This document shows positions 27,443-43,487 of a stretch of DNA of 64,000 nt, piece after piece. The stretch lies in NCBI RefSeq assembly GCF_009914755.1, contig NC_060925.1; one strand, given 5' to 3'. The stretch comes from the human T2T-CHM13v2.0 reference genome, Homo sapiens. The notes below the pieces were generated by a model. It had not been told where the DNA came from. It saw nothing but the letters and a program-made list of their open reading frames with translations, and made no database searches. Made by a program: the position numbers and the translations under genes. Position 1 is the first letter of the stretch. The number at the start of each line of letters is the position of its first letter.

Positions 27443-27994
27443 TCAAGTCTAGTAAGTCCAGTTCAAGTGGCACACAGATGTCTGGGCTCTGATTTGTGCT
27501 GAGTGGCTCCTAGAGCCAAGAGCCAAGTACACCTCTCCCCTCTCTGGCTCCTACACACCCCATGTACTACCCTATGAAGAGAGGTTACTCAGAACAGCCT
27601 TCCCAGCAGGCTGTGGGATCCCCAGATGGAGACCTGCTCCATAGACAACGCTTTTCCATCTCCACCTCATTCTCGTCACCAGATTCCATTAGAAATGATC
27701 CTCTTTGAGAATGGTAGCACATGGGTGCATGAAAGAGGTTCACATGAGTGTGTGTGGAAGGTAGAGGAATCAAGTCACATTTGCCATAGCTTTAATCTGG
27801 GTAAAGTCACCTGAATTCCCTGATCATAACCAGGACTTAAACAGTACCTGACACATAATAGGTGCTCATTAAATAAATGTTGCATTGAACATCTGAATGA
27901 ATGATGATCTTTCCCTGGATATCTCTTTCCCTCTTGTTGCCTCTGTCCTCATTCCTCTGTCTATCCATCTGTCCTTCAGAGAGTCTGTCAGTAA

Positions 27995-28295
<301 letters not shown>

Positions 28296-28344
28296 AGTCT
28301 GTCAATAATCTTTACCTCTCAGCCAACTCAAATCCTTTGTGGAG

Positions 28345-29060
<716 letters not shown>

Positions 29061-29197
29061 AACTTATTTGTGGAATTAGGCAGGACACATAAGCATACAT
29101 GAGTATTAATAATAATAGAATCTCCATGTTGATGGAGAGCTACTCACTGTCATTTCCACCCTGTGACTTGTGACTTCTCCCCTCCTGGGTGGCAATC

Positions 29198-29494
29198 TTT
29201 TTTTTCTTGAGACAGGGTCTGTCTTACTCTGTCACCCAGGCTAGAGTGTAGTGGTGCATTCATAGCTCACTGCAGCCTCAACCTCCTCAGGTTCAGGTGA
29301 TCCTACCACCTCAGCCTCCCGGGTAGCTGAGATCACAGGTATGTACTACCACACCCAGCTAATTTTTGTATTTTTTTGTAGAGATGGGGATTCACCATGT
29401 TGCCCAGGCTGGTCTTGAACTCCTGGGCTCATGCAATTGACCCACGTTGGCCCCCAAAGTGCTGGGATTACAGGCATGAGCCACTGCACACGGC
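29198..29494 (-). mobile_element. AluJ-like element
   Basis: Alu consensus. TSD GGCAATCTT. Confidence 0.88.
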
Positions 29495-29898
29495 CCCTCC
29501 TGGCAATCTTGATTAACAAGGAGATTCACAGAAATTGCTAGAAAGCATTTCTACCCTTATTGCCTTATTGAGTCCTCACAGTGCCTTGAGATGGGCACTT
29601 GTAGCCACTATTTTCCAGATGAGACTTGGTGAAGTTCTGTGGCTGCTGTGGGTTTGCACCATAAATAGCATCAGAACTTGAACTTCTGAATCCATGGGTC
29701 CAGGTGCTCCCCAATCCCCACTCAGAGGTTTGCTTTTTATTCTCTACCCTTGGCTTCCTGCTTGTCCTGGGGAGCCCAGTCAGATCCTTTTGCAGGTCTT
29801 CTGGGAGGTATGCTCACTCCTCTCCTGCTCTGCTGCTGTAGGCCCCTGGGATGGTTCCTGTCCCGAACTGCTGAGAGGGTCACAGGGCAGGACCTGCC

Positions 29899-30192
<294 letters not shown>

Positions 30193-30431
30193 GGACCTGC
30201 CTTTTATCAGTGGCCTGCTAAAGCTGCAGCAGAGATCCCTCTGCCCTGAGTCCTTTCATCGATGGCTCTTGCAGTGAGAAACAGTTACTGTCGTTTATCT
30301 CTGAGCGTAGCTCTGAATCTGCCTTGGGCTTGAGTCTTCCCATCCATCCTATTCAGACATTCTTTTCCCCTCCTTTGCTATTCCTGCTCTTTCTTTCCCC
30401 ATTTATCTTTCTAGCCTATCTCTGTGCCTAG

Positions 30432-30930
<499 letters not shown>

Positions 30931-33294
30931 CTCTGGGCCCAGCCTCTGGGCCATCTTCACAGTGACTGCACATGTTCCTGAACTTGTTCTCTCCTGGGTG
31001 GATGGACCCCAGTTTCTTCCTCTGCCCACATGGCCCTTACCCCCTCTCATTCTCCTTCCTTATTCTCTGCTTTCTCTCTTCTTTCTGACCCCCCATTGCT
31101 ATATATGGGGTGGGGGTGTGTGGCTGGAATCTGGTTTAGGGATGTGTTTGCTCTTGGATAGTTATGCAGAGGGCAGTTTTACTCCGCAGAGACTCCCTGG
31201 GGAGAGGACCATCAACAAATTGCTGGATCTGCTTTGTGCAAACAGACACACAGAGGCATGTATTGGTGTTTGAGCACATGTACACCACAATCCCCGACCC
31301 CCATCCCACAACACGTACAGGCCCTGGCAAATAGATAAGGAGTCAGGGGTTTAGGTAGGTATACCAGGATGGAAGCCACATACAAATGCAATGCATCCAA
31401 GTGAAAGCTACATTTAGCACAAGGAAATGAAAAAATATATGTAGTGTTTATCTGGTTACCCTAATGCAGAGTTGAGCGTGTGGGTAATTTTCTGATAGAT
31501 AATTATGCGGGAAGAGTATACTTCCTGGGACTCTGTTTGGGATGGGCATTACTAGCAATCACTCACTCGTGAATACTGCTCTACACAGAGTATCTACGGC
31601 CATTATCTCTGTAGTGTCTCACGTGCTGACGACAAGAGGGGTGTGAACTAGGTGAGTCTGGGAGTCTGTGATACATAGCATGTGTGTTGGTGGCTGTGTC
31701 CTCAATAGCAAATTGGGATTGTTGCGTGATGGTGATGGTGTGTGTGAAGATGTCTGTGTGTGATGGTGCATTTGGCATGTGTGCACATGTGTGCATGCCT
31801 GGAGCCAGCAGAAGTGTGCAAGCCTTCAGGAGCAGTAGAGAGGCAGCTAGCCTGGCTCTTGGGAGAGACACTCATGTATGAAGAGCTCAGCGCTCGAAAG
31901 CGGCTGTTTAACAACTTGAGCATCAAATTATAGCCCACGTGGGCAGAGGTGTCAGCGGTTGCTGGTTGCTGTAAATACTTCAGTGCAATTGACAACAGCT
32001 TGTGGAGGGCTAAGTGAGATGGGGAGGGTATAGAGGGAGGGGTAGCGCCTCCTGCAGGGACCCTCTGCCCTATAGTCCTGTCTCTGCTGGATCTAGTGCT
32101 GCTGGGGAGGGGGTATGCGATGGGGAGCAGGGAGTCTGTAACAGGGTGGGCTTCAGAGCCAGACGGGTTCTAAATAACCCATCATTTACAGGGGGTAACC
32201 TTCGGCAAATGACTTTTCTACTCTGTGCCTCAGTTTCTCGATGTGAAACAACAACAACATTAATCATAATACCCTGTGAGACTTTTGTGAGGAATAACCA
32301 GAACTTCTTTCACCTGAAAGCACTTGTTGTGGTTATGCAGACATTAGCTTTTATTGCCTTGTGCAGGATAATGCATGGGAATTAACACAGCACCTCTCAC
32401 ATAGGAAGCCCTCAATAAATGTTAGGTAACGTTGTTAGCCTATTGCTATTGCTATTGTCCTCATAAGCCTGGACCCATAGCTGGAGATACCACAGCCCTT
32501 CCAAATATGCATGGAAAAAAGGCTTCCCAGAGGGCAGCCAGTGGGTTTTTGTGGATTTTCAGAGAAAACGTTTTTAGTCTCCAATCTTTCAGAGAATCCT
32601 GCTGGACAGGATCTGAGACTGAGAGAGTGTGCCCGGGGAGCTCTTGCTGTAGATCCGCCTGCCTTCATTAGTACTTTGGCTGCGTTCTGAAAAAGTCATG
32701 AGAAATGGATGTTTGCAAACTCAATCCCATTTAAAATGCACTGGCAGGGCTGAGGGCTTAAAGGCACCCTGTGGTGAATTCTTTTGTAAAGCAAAGAATC
32801 TCCTGAATGTATCCATTTTTTAAAGTACTGATATTTATAAAGTAGTAATAGTCAGGATTTCTTGAGTGCTTATTGTGTGCCGAATATTCAACATCTATTA
32901 CTTAATTATAGCCTCATAACAAGCCTATGGGGGGCAATATTTTAACTTTCCAGAAGAAATAGATGCACAGAGAGTAGCACACACCTCCACAGCATCACAC
33001 AGCTAGAGTGTGATGGAGCTGGGATGGGAACCTGTCCAGCTCATATGAAAGCTCATCTCTTTCTGCTGTGCTCCCTCACTTTGTCATGCCCTCTTCCCCT
33101 CCCACCTCACCCCCACCTTCTCTTTTCTGCAACCACACAAGAATCTTTATTTTGCATATACCACAAAGAGGGTAGTTTCAAGTCTGGTATAATCAAGAGT
33201 CACCTAAATCACAAACAAAAGCTTCAACAGTTTTTAAAAAGTAGGAGCAGTATCTCTGAATTTTTGAGGCCACTTTTTAGAAATTTATTTCTTG

Positions 33295-33562
33295 ACCAGG
33301 TGCCCTGGCTCAAGCCTGTACTCCTAGAACTTTGGGAGGCTGAGACAGGAGGATCATTTGAGCCCAGGAGTGGGAGACCAGCCTGGGCAACATAGTGAGA
33401 CCTCCTCTCTACAAAAATAAAATAAGTTAACTGGGCATGGTGGTGCACACCTATAGTCTCAGCTACTTGGAAGGCTGAAGTGGGAGGATTGCTTGAGCTC
33501 AGGAGTTCAAAGATGGAGTGAGCTGTGATCATACTACGCAGTCCAGCCTGGGCGACAGAATG
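33295..33562 (+). mobile_element. AluJ-like element followed by an old L1M 3' fragment (~33570-33700)
   Basis: GGAGGATTGCTTGAG pattern. The L1ME-like segment reads acaatgagccccgtgtatacccaccac. Confidence 0.8.
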
Positions 33563-36500
33563 AACGTTTGTTTCCTAGGAACATTTTCAAACCTATGTAG
33601 AAGTAGAAAGAGCAGTACAATGAGCCCCGTGTATACCCACCACTTAGATGCAACAGTTATCAAGATTTTGCTTCATCTGTCTTCTACCTTTTTAGAGATC
33701 CCGTTTTAATTTCGTAAGATAGGGATAGCTGCATCATTTGCACTGGTATTATGATCATCCAGTGAACTGTATCCATGGAGGTGTTTGTTTTTCTGCAGAA
33801 GAACTTGTTATATTATATACTGTAAGCAGATGTCTTTTCTTTTTCTACCTTTCTCCGGTAAGTTATTGCAAGACCCTTCTAGGTCTGGCTAGGTTATGCT
33901 AACTCCCTCATGCACCACATTCAGTGTTCCTAATCAGACCCACATGAGGAAGGAGTTTCCTATCAAGCAGAGGTGACCAAGTTCTCCAGTGGCCCCAATC
34001 CCTATGGTTTGAGTCATTTAATTGTCACTAGAGTAGTTACTTTCTTTTGTAAAGATGCAGTGAATCTTTCTGCTCCTCCTCAAGTTAATAATGTTGATAA
34101 TAGTTACTACTAATAATTGTGATCCTCTGCAGCTTTCCATTCTCCACAAGGATCTCTTTCTTAATGCACTAGTGAGTGGTCCTGCTTCTATTCCAATGAT
34201 TAGCTTTTGGATGTTGAATTCACTCATGTAAAGTCCTGCCTGTAGTGATGGTTCCTTGGACAGGTGTGTGCCTGGAAGCAGCAGGAGGGAGTTCTTCCAT
34301 CTTAGAGTAAGCTGTGACTTTCAGGTACTTTCTGCTCCTTCATGACATCTGAGACAATGGTTTCAGGTCTGTTGGATAAGCCTTGAACATTCTGCATGTA
34401 GCTCTAAGCACACCCCAGAGAGGTGTGAGGACCCTCTACAGACAGGTAAGTCCTCACACCATGATGCCTGTCTTTCTGATGTGGGACCAAGTGCTGGGCC
34501 ACCTGGGACAGTGGCTTCTAAAGCAATTGGCTGAGTGGAGATCATCCTCAGCATGGCAGATGGCTGCCCCTGGAGCTGCCTGTCATGGGATCATCATATG
34601 AGAGTGTGGTGAGCTGGAGCAAGATCACATTACGTCTTCTAAACTATACCTCTACTCTGCTCAATAGCAAAGCCTTTCCTACTCCCCATCAGCACTGAGA
34701 CCTGCCCATCCTATTAGGGCAAGCAGTAACCTCACCGAAGGAGCTAACACCTCAGGAAATTCCAATCATTTGTCCAAGAGTTTTGAGACATGATTGCATC
34801 TTTGACTGGCTTCTCATTATCTTTGTGATAATGTGCTTGTTGAAATTACAGAGTTTGATTTAGCTCTCACTTCCTTTTAAACGTACTCTACAAAGAACAC
34901 CGTCTTACACTGATTTGGCCCCTTTCCACACTGAGTTTCTGTATCTTACCAGATTATTTTTGACCAATAGTCATTAATGAAGACTTTTCATTGTTCCAAT
35001 TCCTGAACAATTTTTGGGGCAGTAGATGGAGAGATGAATTTTGCTGGTTGAAGCTGTACCTGTTTGCCATGCCATGTTTTGTCTGTCAAGCAACCCATTC
35101 AACAACTACTAAAACAATATCAAAAGACCATCCAATATAGTAATTTTGAGCAAAATAAAGTTAAAAATGATCTGGCTCTAACCATAAGAATGACACTGCT
35201 CAACACAAACATCTAGATCTGTGCAGTTAACACTGAGACTTTCCAGACCAGTAGCCTTTTACAATGTCAGAAGTACCCTGTACACATCATGGCGGTCCAC
35301 TGAAGTGCCCCCAGATTTGCTGTGGCATGGCACGTGTCAGACATGATGATCCTTGTATGGCACACTGGGACAAGTGGAAGGAAAATTGCAGGTCAGAGGC
35401 CCTGAGGCTGTGGGGTTGGTGATGACACCCACTGTGGAAAGTGAAATAATGAGATTCAGCACAGGGCTGCCCACAGAGAAGCCCACCTAGCCCAATGAGG
35501 GGTAGTTTAGAGGACAAGGGGATTATGGAAGGTTCTCTGAAGGAGATGGGCATTGGTTGAAGGACTTAAAGATTTAAGAGAATTTCCCAAGTGGAGACGG
35601 TAGTGGAAGGGAGAGATGGATGGTTATTGAGCGCCGCTCTGTGCAGGCATTGTAGGAAGTGATGGAGCAGGCACTCAGGCAGAGGGAAAGTGAGCAAAGG
35701 GGTAACAGGGAAGGCTTCGAACTCCTTGCAATTGGGTAATTACTTTTTAATTACTATTTTGAGAGCAGGGACCCTATCCACTCACCCCTGTATCTCCAGA
35801 ATCTACAACCACATAGTAAGTTCTCAGTCAGGTGCTTGTCTCCAGCAGAGCCTTGAAGGATGGTAGGATTTGGAGAAAGGAAGAGGAGAAGGGAGGGCAT
35901 TCCTGGAGAAGAAGTCATGTGGGCAAAAGCACAGAGGTAGGAAAGCATGAAACATGTGTTGAGATCAATGAGGAGCCTGGTTTGTCTGGAAAAAAGGGTT
36001 TGTGCCAGGGAGTTGTGGGCGATGAGGTTGGAAGGTGGGCAGGAATGCAACATTTTCCAGGTTGGAGTTGAGGCCACAACAGTAATTCACTGCAGAAAGG
36101 AAAGGGAAAGGATTGGGCCACAGAGGATTTGCTGTGTGGCCCATGGTGGGATGGGGGTGAGTGGGCAGGAGTCTGTGGCCACCTCCTGGAGTTTCTGTCC
36201 AGCTCCTTGTCTCTTCTGGTGTTATGAAACTGGGAGTTGGGGGAGGGGCCTCAAATGTCATTTTTTTTCTATGAATAGGGACACACACACACACGCACAC
36301 CAATCCTAAGAATGATTTTTTTTCCACTTGTCAAGAGCCAGAAAAAAGCTGAAGGTATAAAGTTCAGAACTGGCAGGGCTGGAGGGCAGACAGGGAAGGG
36401 TTGAGGATCTTTGAGTTTTCTAAGCTGTGGCAACCATTAGAAGCTGGGGAAAAAAAGAAAGAAGAATTTCCACGAAGCATCTGCTATGGCCTGTGGAAGG

Positions 36501-36805
36501 CTCTATGGAGTTTCTGGAGGAGGGTGTGTGCTTTCTTTCTGCAGAGTCTTGGCTACTCTGGGGGTAGGGATCTGTGCCCACTAGACTCCTCTTCAGGGTT
36601 GGAAGATGAGGCCCTGGATGCCAGAGCTAGAAGCACCTGGTCCCACTGCCAGAGCTGCACAGCCTGTGTTCAAGTCCTGGCTCCACAGCCTGCCAGCTCT
36701 GTGATCTTGAGCAAGCCATTTAACCTCTCAGTGCCTCCCTTGCTTTGTCTACAAAGCCAGAGTAACAACATCTACCTGCCAGGGGTTAGGACAGTTACAT
36801 GAGCT

Positions 36806-36972
36806 AATGCTTGCTTGGAACAATGCACGTGGTAACTGTGTAATAAAAGTTATTATTATTATTAATTATTATTATTGAGAAAATGGAAGTAATACTTGCT
36901 TAGAACAACGCATGTGGTAACTGCACAATAAAAGGTATTATTATTAATTATTATTATTGAGAAAATGGAAGT
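36806..36972. repeat. ~85-bp tandem duplication (2 copies) of a MIR 3' end plus flank
   Basis: Copies at 36806-36890 and 36891-36972, both ending TATTATTGAGAAAATGGAAGT. Confidence 0.92.
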
Positions 36973-37140
36973 TTGAGAAAGAAGGGATATGATGAGGCTG
37001 CGTGCACTCAGGCTGAGCTGGGACTAGAATGGGTGCCCCTAGGCATTAAGAAATGGGTAAACTGCTTTCTCTATATCCTGATTAAAAAGTTAGAGAAAGA
37101 GCATCATATTTTTAAAGAACAATTTCTAAGAATGATTAAA

Positions 37141-37438
<298 letters not shown>

Positions 37439-38975
37439 AAGAATGATTAAAATTGATACTTAAGTCTGTAGTCATCTAAAAGCTTAGGTATTTGGAATAT
37501 TACATTAATCAAACATTCTAGATAGCTGAAGTTTTACTGTATATATATTTAGATCTGTGACAATTGGACACATATAATAATTAAAAAATTAAATGGAAGC
37601 ACAGTCAACATTGGGAAGATTTCACACAAAAGCAGGTTTGTCCTATAATGTAAAGGCCACTAGAGTTGGAGACAAAAGATTTAAGTGCTGACAGCATCAG
37701 TTACTGGGTACACCTGTTTGGGCAAGTTACTTAGTATTCCTGAGCCTCAATTTCCTCATCTGTAAGATGAGACTAATAATCCATAATTAGTGATGATAAC
37801 AATACCTATAGTTAAGAATCCTCACAAGAAATAACAATACAGGAAATGTCCCTTATAATTTTAAAATGCTAACTTTTCTCAATCCCTAAGTATAATTTAT
37901 ATTTTCAAATTTTTGCTTTCTCACCTTATTAAATAAGTAATTCTTATTCATTGTAAAAACATTAAAAGTGACTATGAGCAAAAAGAAGGGCATAAAAAAT
38001 CAGCTTAATGTCATGGTGTTGGTTTACCTTTAATGAATGTACAACAGGTGACAGTTTGCATTTTATTTCATTCTCATTAAAACCTCTGGGATTATTAAAT
38101 TTGTTTTATAGGCAAAGGAATTGAATACCGGAGAAGTTTCTGACTTGACTAAGGTCACACAGCTAACTTTGTTTATTCTGGATAGAGGAGGCAGAAATCC
38201 TTTCCAGTTATGACAGCTGGGGAACGCGGAAAGAGGGGAGGGGGAAGGTGGCTGAGCTGGCCCAGGACAGGCAGAAAGATATTTGAGCTCTAGCAGGAGA
38301 CATGTGGGTGGAGCTGTGGGCTTGTTTTTCCAGAGTTGCCCCTTAAAACTCCAAGGATGGGGAGGTTTTTAGAGAGATGGAGTAATAAATGAAAAGAAGG
38401 GGGCTAACTGAATCCACTATTTCCCAACTCTGTGTCCCTTTGGCCTCTTCTACTTCTCCCATCCACCAAACCACTCCTCCTCTGGTATCTCTGTCTTAGC
38501 AAAGACACTATCCTTCACCTAAGCCTAGTTCTCATCTCCTCCAGGAAGCTTCCCTGATTCTCTCTGCCAAGCTCTGGTCATGTCAAGCTTTCCTGGATTG
38601 GCACCTCTCTGTGGCCTTGGTGTAGTGTGCATGTGTGCCCACACTTTTCCTTTCATATACCCTTACCACTCACCACACTCCTTCCTCTCCCTGCCTACCT
38701 CCTGACCCAGTGGGTGCCTGTGGATTAGACCTCTGCCATCATTGTTGGTGGTGACTGGAGTCATGCTGACAGCCACCACAGCTCCCAGGTTCTTCAGGAC
38801 AATACCTCTGTCATATGCTCCACTCTGCTGTCACTCTATTCCCCAGAGTGGGAGTTAGCAGGTGTGCTGAATGTCAGGTAGGAAAATCTTGTCACTACAT
38901 ATGTACGATTTCCAACTCAGGTGGGTATAGAGTGTCAAACCTGAGTTTCACATCTTTAAAAATTTTCACTGAAAT

Positions 38976-39285
38976 GGCTGGGTGTGGTGGCTCACGCCTG
39001 TAATCCCAGCACTTTGGGAGGCCGAGGCAGGCGGATCACCTGAGGTCAGGAGTTAGAGACCAGCCTGGCCAACATGGTGAAACCCCATCTCTACTAAAAA
39101 TACAAAAATTAGCCAGGTGTGGTGGTGGGTGCCTGTAATCTCAGCTACTTGGAAGGCTGAGTCAGGAGAATTGCTTCAACCTGGGAGGTGGAGGTTGCAG
39201 TGAGCTGAGACAGTGCCATTACACTCCAGCCTGGGCAACAGGAGTGAAACTCCGTCTCAAAAAAAACCAAAACAATAACAATAAC
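38976..39285 (+). mobile_element. AluS
   Basis: Full-length Alu with TSD AATTTTCACTGAAAT. Confidence 0.93.
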
Positions 39286-39679
39286 AATTTTCACTGAAAT
39301 AAAACAAGTATATAGTCATTTTTTTGTACATTTAAGAGTTATCTTCAAAAGTAAATGTTCATCATTACTATTACTACTATTAATAGCATCTCCATATCTC
39401 CCTCAAGGTGAGAAATTGTCTTCTTTTCAATCTGGAGGTCTTTTCCTGGATCTCCTTATAGATGAGCAGGTTCCTCTCCCACACCAAGGTCATCATTCAT
39501 GTACATTCAGCTTCTCAGTCAGTGTACCTGCCTTCCTGCCTGCTTGCCTCCTTTCCTCCCTCCCTTTCTTCCTTTCTTCCATTGCATATGCTAATCCACC
39601 CACCAGCAATCACCCACTCACCGATTCAATTCACCCAATATTTATAACAATGATAAACCAGATAATGAACCTAATTTTT

Positions 39680-39707
39680 CATCCATCCATCCATCCATCC
39701 ATCCATC
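39680..39707. repeat. (CATC)n tetranucleotide repeat
   Basis: Seen directly in the sequence. Confidence 0.9.
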
Positions 39708-40386
39708 CTTCATGATTTCCTTTTCATCGCATTTCTTTTTTTTTTTCTTTTTCCCCAATATCAGACAAGGAATCATTCATGGCATTTCTTTATCTCAGCT
39801 ACCCAATTTCTCTGAGTGGCCTTCCCAATCTCCTTACCTTCCAATTTATAACCATCCGTTTGACACTGTAGGTACCTTCTACAAAGCATCTATAACCACT
39901 TAATTTTTTTTTTTTTTTAAAGCTCAGAGGGTTTTCCAGACTCTGCAATTGTCCTTCTACTAGAGTCTCCCTTGGCTTGGTTTGCTTTAGTCTTATTGTC
40001 TCAGTCTTGAGTTCTCCCTTTCTGCCTGGCCCTTTTGTATTTCACCCATACCTCTATGCCTCGTCTCAGACCATTTCCTCTATCTGGAGCGCTCTTCCTT
40101 GTACTTTCTCCTGTTCACCAACCTTCTTTTTATTCTTCAGGACACTCAGTTCACATGCCACTCTCGTGACACTGTCTCTTTCACATCTTTCTGTGTCCCC
40201 TTTCCCAGCTGAATTAATAGTTCCCTCCTCTGGGCTCCCACAACAATATGTACCTCTCTCTTGCATAGCACTCGCCATGCTGAATTTTAATTAATTGCTG
40301 CTCGTCCATCTTATTGGCTGAAGGGAGCACACTTAACCCATCACTGCATCTCTGGCACCCAGCACAGAGCTGGGCTAGCAGTAGCA

Positions 40387-40692
40387 TCTATCCATCTCTC
40401 TCTCTCTCTCTCAATTATTTATCATCTGTCATCTATCTATCTATGTAATCTATGTATCTATTATCTATCAATTATTTATCATCTGTCAGTGTAACCTATG
40501 TATCTATTATCTATCAATCACTTATTATCTGTCTCTATCTTTTAAATTTTTTATTTATTTTATTTTATTTTTTTGTAGAAATGGGGTCTCGCTGTGTTGC
40601 CTAGGTTGGTCTTGAACTCCTGACCTGAATTGATCCTCCCACCTCAGGCTCCCAAAGTGTTGGGATTACAGGTGTGAGCCATGACACCTGGC

Positions 40693-40739
<47 letters not shown>

Positions 40740-40770
40740 AATCATCTATCTACCTACCTACCTATCTAAT
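40387..40770. repeat. Compound (TC)n/(TATC)n tract with an embedded minus-strand Alu monomer (FLAM-like, ~40541-40692); pure (TATC)n at 40693-40739
   Basis: Seen directly. Only a single Alu arm is present. Confidence 0.88.
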
Positions 40771-43073
40771 TTATTGAATAAATAGTTAAATCATGCTGTG
40801 GATGAATGACCTCTTTCTCAACACTGTGGTCCCCATTTACCTATTCACATCCCATTCCTTCTTGAAAACTTTGCTCAAGTACTTGCTTCATAAAATCTTC
40901 CTTGCTTTCTCCACCTCAGTCAGAGTTTCCCGCTTCCTGTTCTAATTGTTCCTGTGCTTTGCTGAAGGGCAGATGGTGAGGGAGAGTGGGAACAGGTAGC
41001 ATGTAGAGACTGACAGGTACCTCTCTTCTGCTCCCATCTCTTCCTGGGCTGTCTCCATAGCTGTGTGTCCTGCAGGACCTGGCCAGCCTGGCATGCTTGC
41101 TGTTTGGGAATCCAGCCCCCACCCCATGCCCTCGATGACCTAGGCAGGCTAAGAGAGGAGCCTTGAGAAGTGCTGAGACAAGGCTGGTGCTTTCTGGGAC
41201 AGGAGGTACATGTTTACCTAGAGAACTGCCCAAGAAGATGGGCCTTGGCTAGCGACATATGTAAATCAGAAGCAAATTGAATGCAAATGTTATGCAAATA
41301 TGCATGTGGTTCTCCTGATTGCTTCTTTCAGTGGGAAGGGGCCCTTGGCAAGCCTCTTGCCTGGGTCATTCGGAACACAATGAGCAGGGGCCCTCCCCCA
41401 CCCATCTCACCCTCCCTCCTCCTGCAAGGCCCATCATCTCTATTTGTGACTGCAGCTACAGCCCTTGCTTCTGCAGTGAGTGGGAGGGACTGGGGTTTCC
41501 TACCACCCCCTTCTTAGGGGTGGGGCTGGCTTGTGTCTCTCCTGTCAGAATGGGGGCTCCCTGTGGGAAAGTGGGCCAGGAAAGCTGAGATAGGCTCATT
41601 GCTACCCTAACTGAGTCCCATGAGGATATCTACAGGAAGAGATGGCAGCCAATCCTTCTTCATGGCCCTCCCAGCAAGTACAGGAATCCAGCTGTGTGGA
41701 GCAGGGAGGTGAGAGAGCAGGCAGCTGGACAGGGAGGAATGTCCCGTCCCCGGAAAGAACAAGATGAATTGAGCATCCAAGAGGGCAGGAGGGATTCTGG
41801 TTACACAGAAAGGCTATGTTTCATGTCAAGAGAATAAATTATAGTCAAGAAGAATGGTGGGTGGTGGAGTTTCCAATCATGACTTTTTAATAAAGAAATT
41901 AAAAATTGGCCACTCTTAGATGGTTAGCGGTTCATCGGGGTAAAGGCAGCTGGAGTTTACCTCTAGTACTCCACTTATTAATTCATTCAGGTTGTTTTTG
42001 AATACTTAGTCTGTTTCTGGCACTTTGCCAGGTACTAGGTCATTTCATCACTCTTGCTTCTACTCCATAATTCTGTAGAAGTGACTGATTTCTATATTCA
42101 TGGTGCAGAGCCTGGCACACAGAGCTTACTGGGCATTTCTTGACTCAACATATAAACCTACCAACTCCTTCAGCTTTTCCTTATTTTTCCCTGAAAATGT
42201 TCAGCTTGGTTAAACCCACCTTTTCTGAGTACCCACTATGTGCCAGGCTCTTACTAAGCTCTGGGGAGACCCTGAGGGATCAGACACATGGCAAGATACA
42301 TAGTGAGATGAGGGCAAGATGAGGGCCCCAACAGAGTCACCCTGGGCTGTGCTGGAACACGTTGGGCAAGGTCTGCCCCAATCTGGGCATCAGGATGTTC
42401 TCCTGAAGGAGGCAATGTCCTGAGTTGAATCTTGAAAGGCAGTTGGGGCAAGGCATTCCTGGCTGAGGGAATAACATATGGAGAGGCACAAAGCCGGGGA
42501 TCGGCAGAGAATGGGGTAGACACAGAGCAGAAGGCGTTATCAGGGGACACATGGTGTGTATCGGAGATGTGGACTGCCCCCAGCGGCCAGTCCAGCCACA
42601 GAGCCAACTTCCTCTCCTTTCTGTGGGCTGTGGGGAGGAGGCACGGGTGACTAAAGAAGGGAGAGATGGTCAGACTTGGGCTTGGATCCTGGCTGCCCTG
42701 TGAAGGGCGGATTGTAGTGACCAGGCAAGGCAGTGCTACAGAGGTGAGGGCATGGATGGACTTGGCAGCTCATTGGAATTTGCACTGACAGGATTGGTGG
42801 ACCAATTGGTGCGGGGCGTAAGAGAGAGGAAGGAGTTGGGTTTCTGGCTGGGGTGATGGATAGGGCAGTAAGGAAGCCTGAAGAGGTCCATGATTGTGGA
42901 ACAATAGGTGGCAGGGGAGGTGGGGACAGGGGTGCATCCTGGGAGGCTGGAGTTTGAAGCTATCTCTGAGCCTCTCTAGACTAGAGATGGAGATTTGGCA
43001 GGGAGCAGGACACCATGTAGCTGAAGCAGTGGGGGGTGTCTGAGTCAGGTGGACCTTAAGAAGGGGTGGCTCT

Positions 43074-43487
<414 letters not shown>

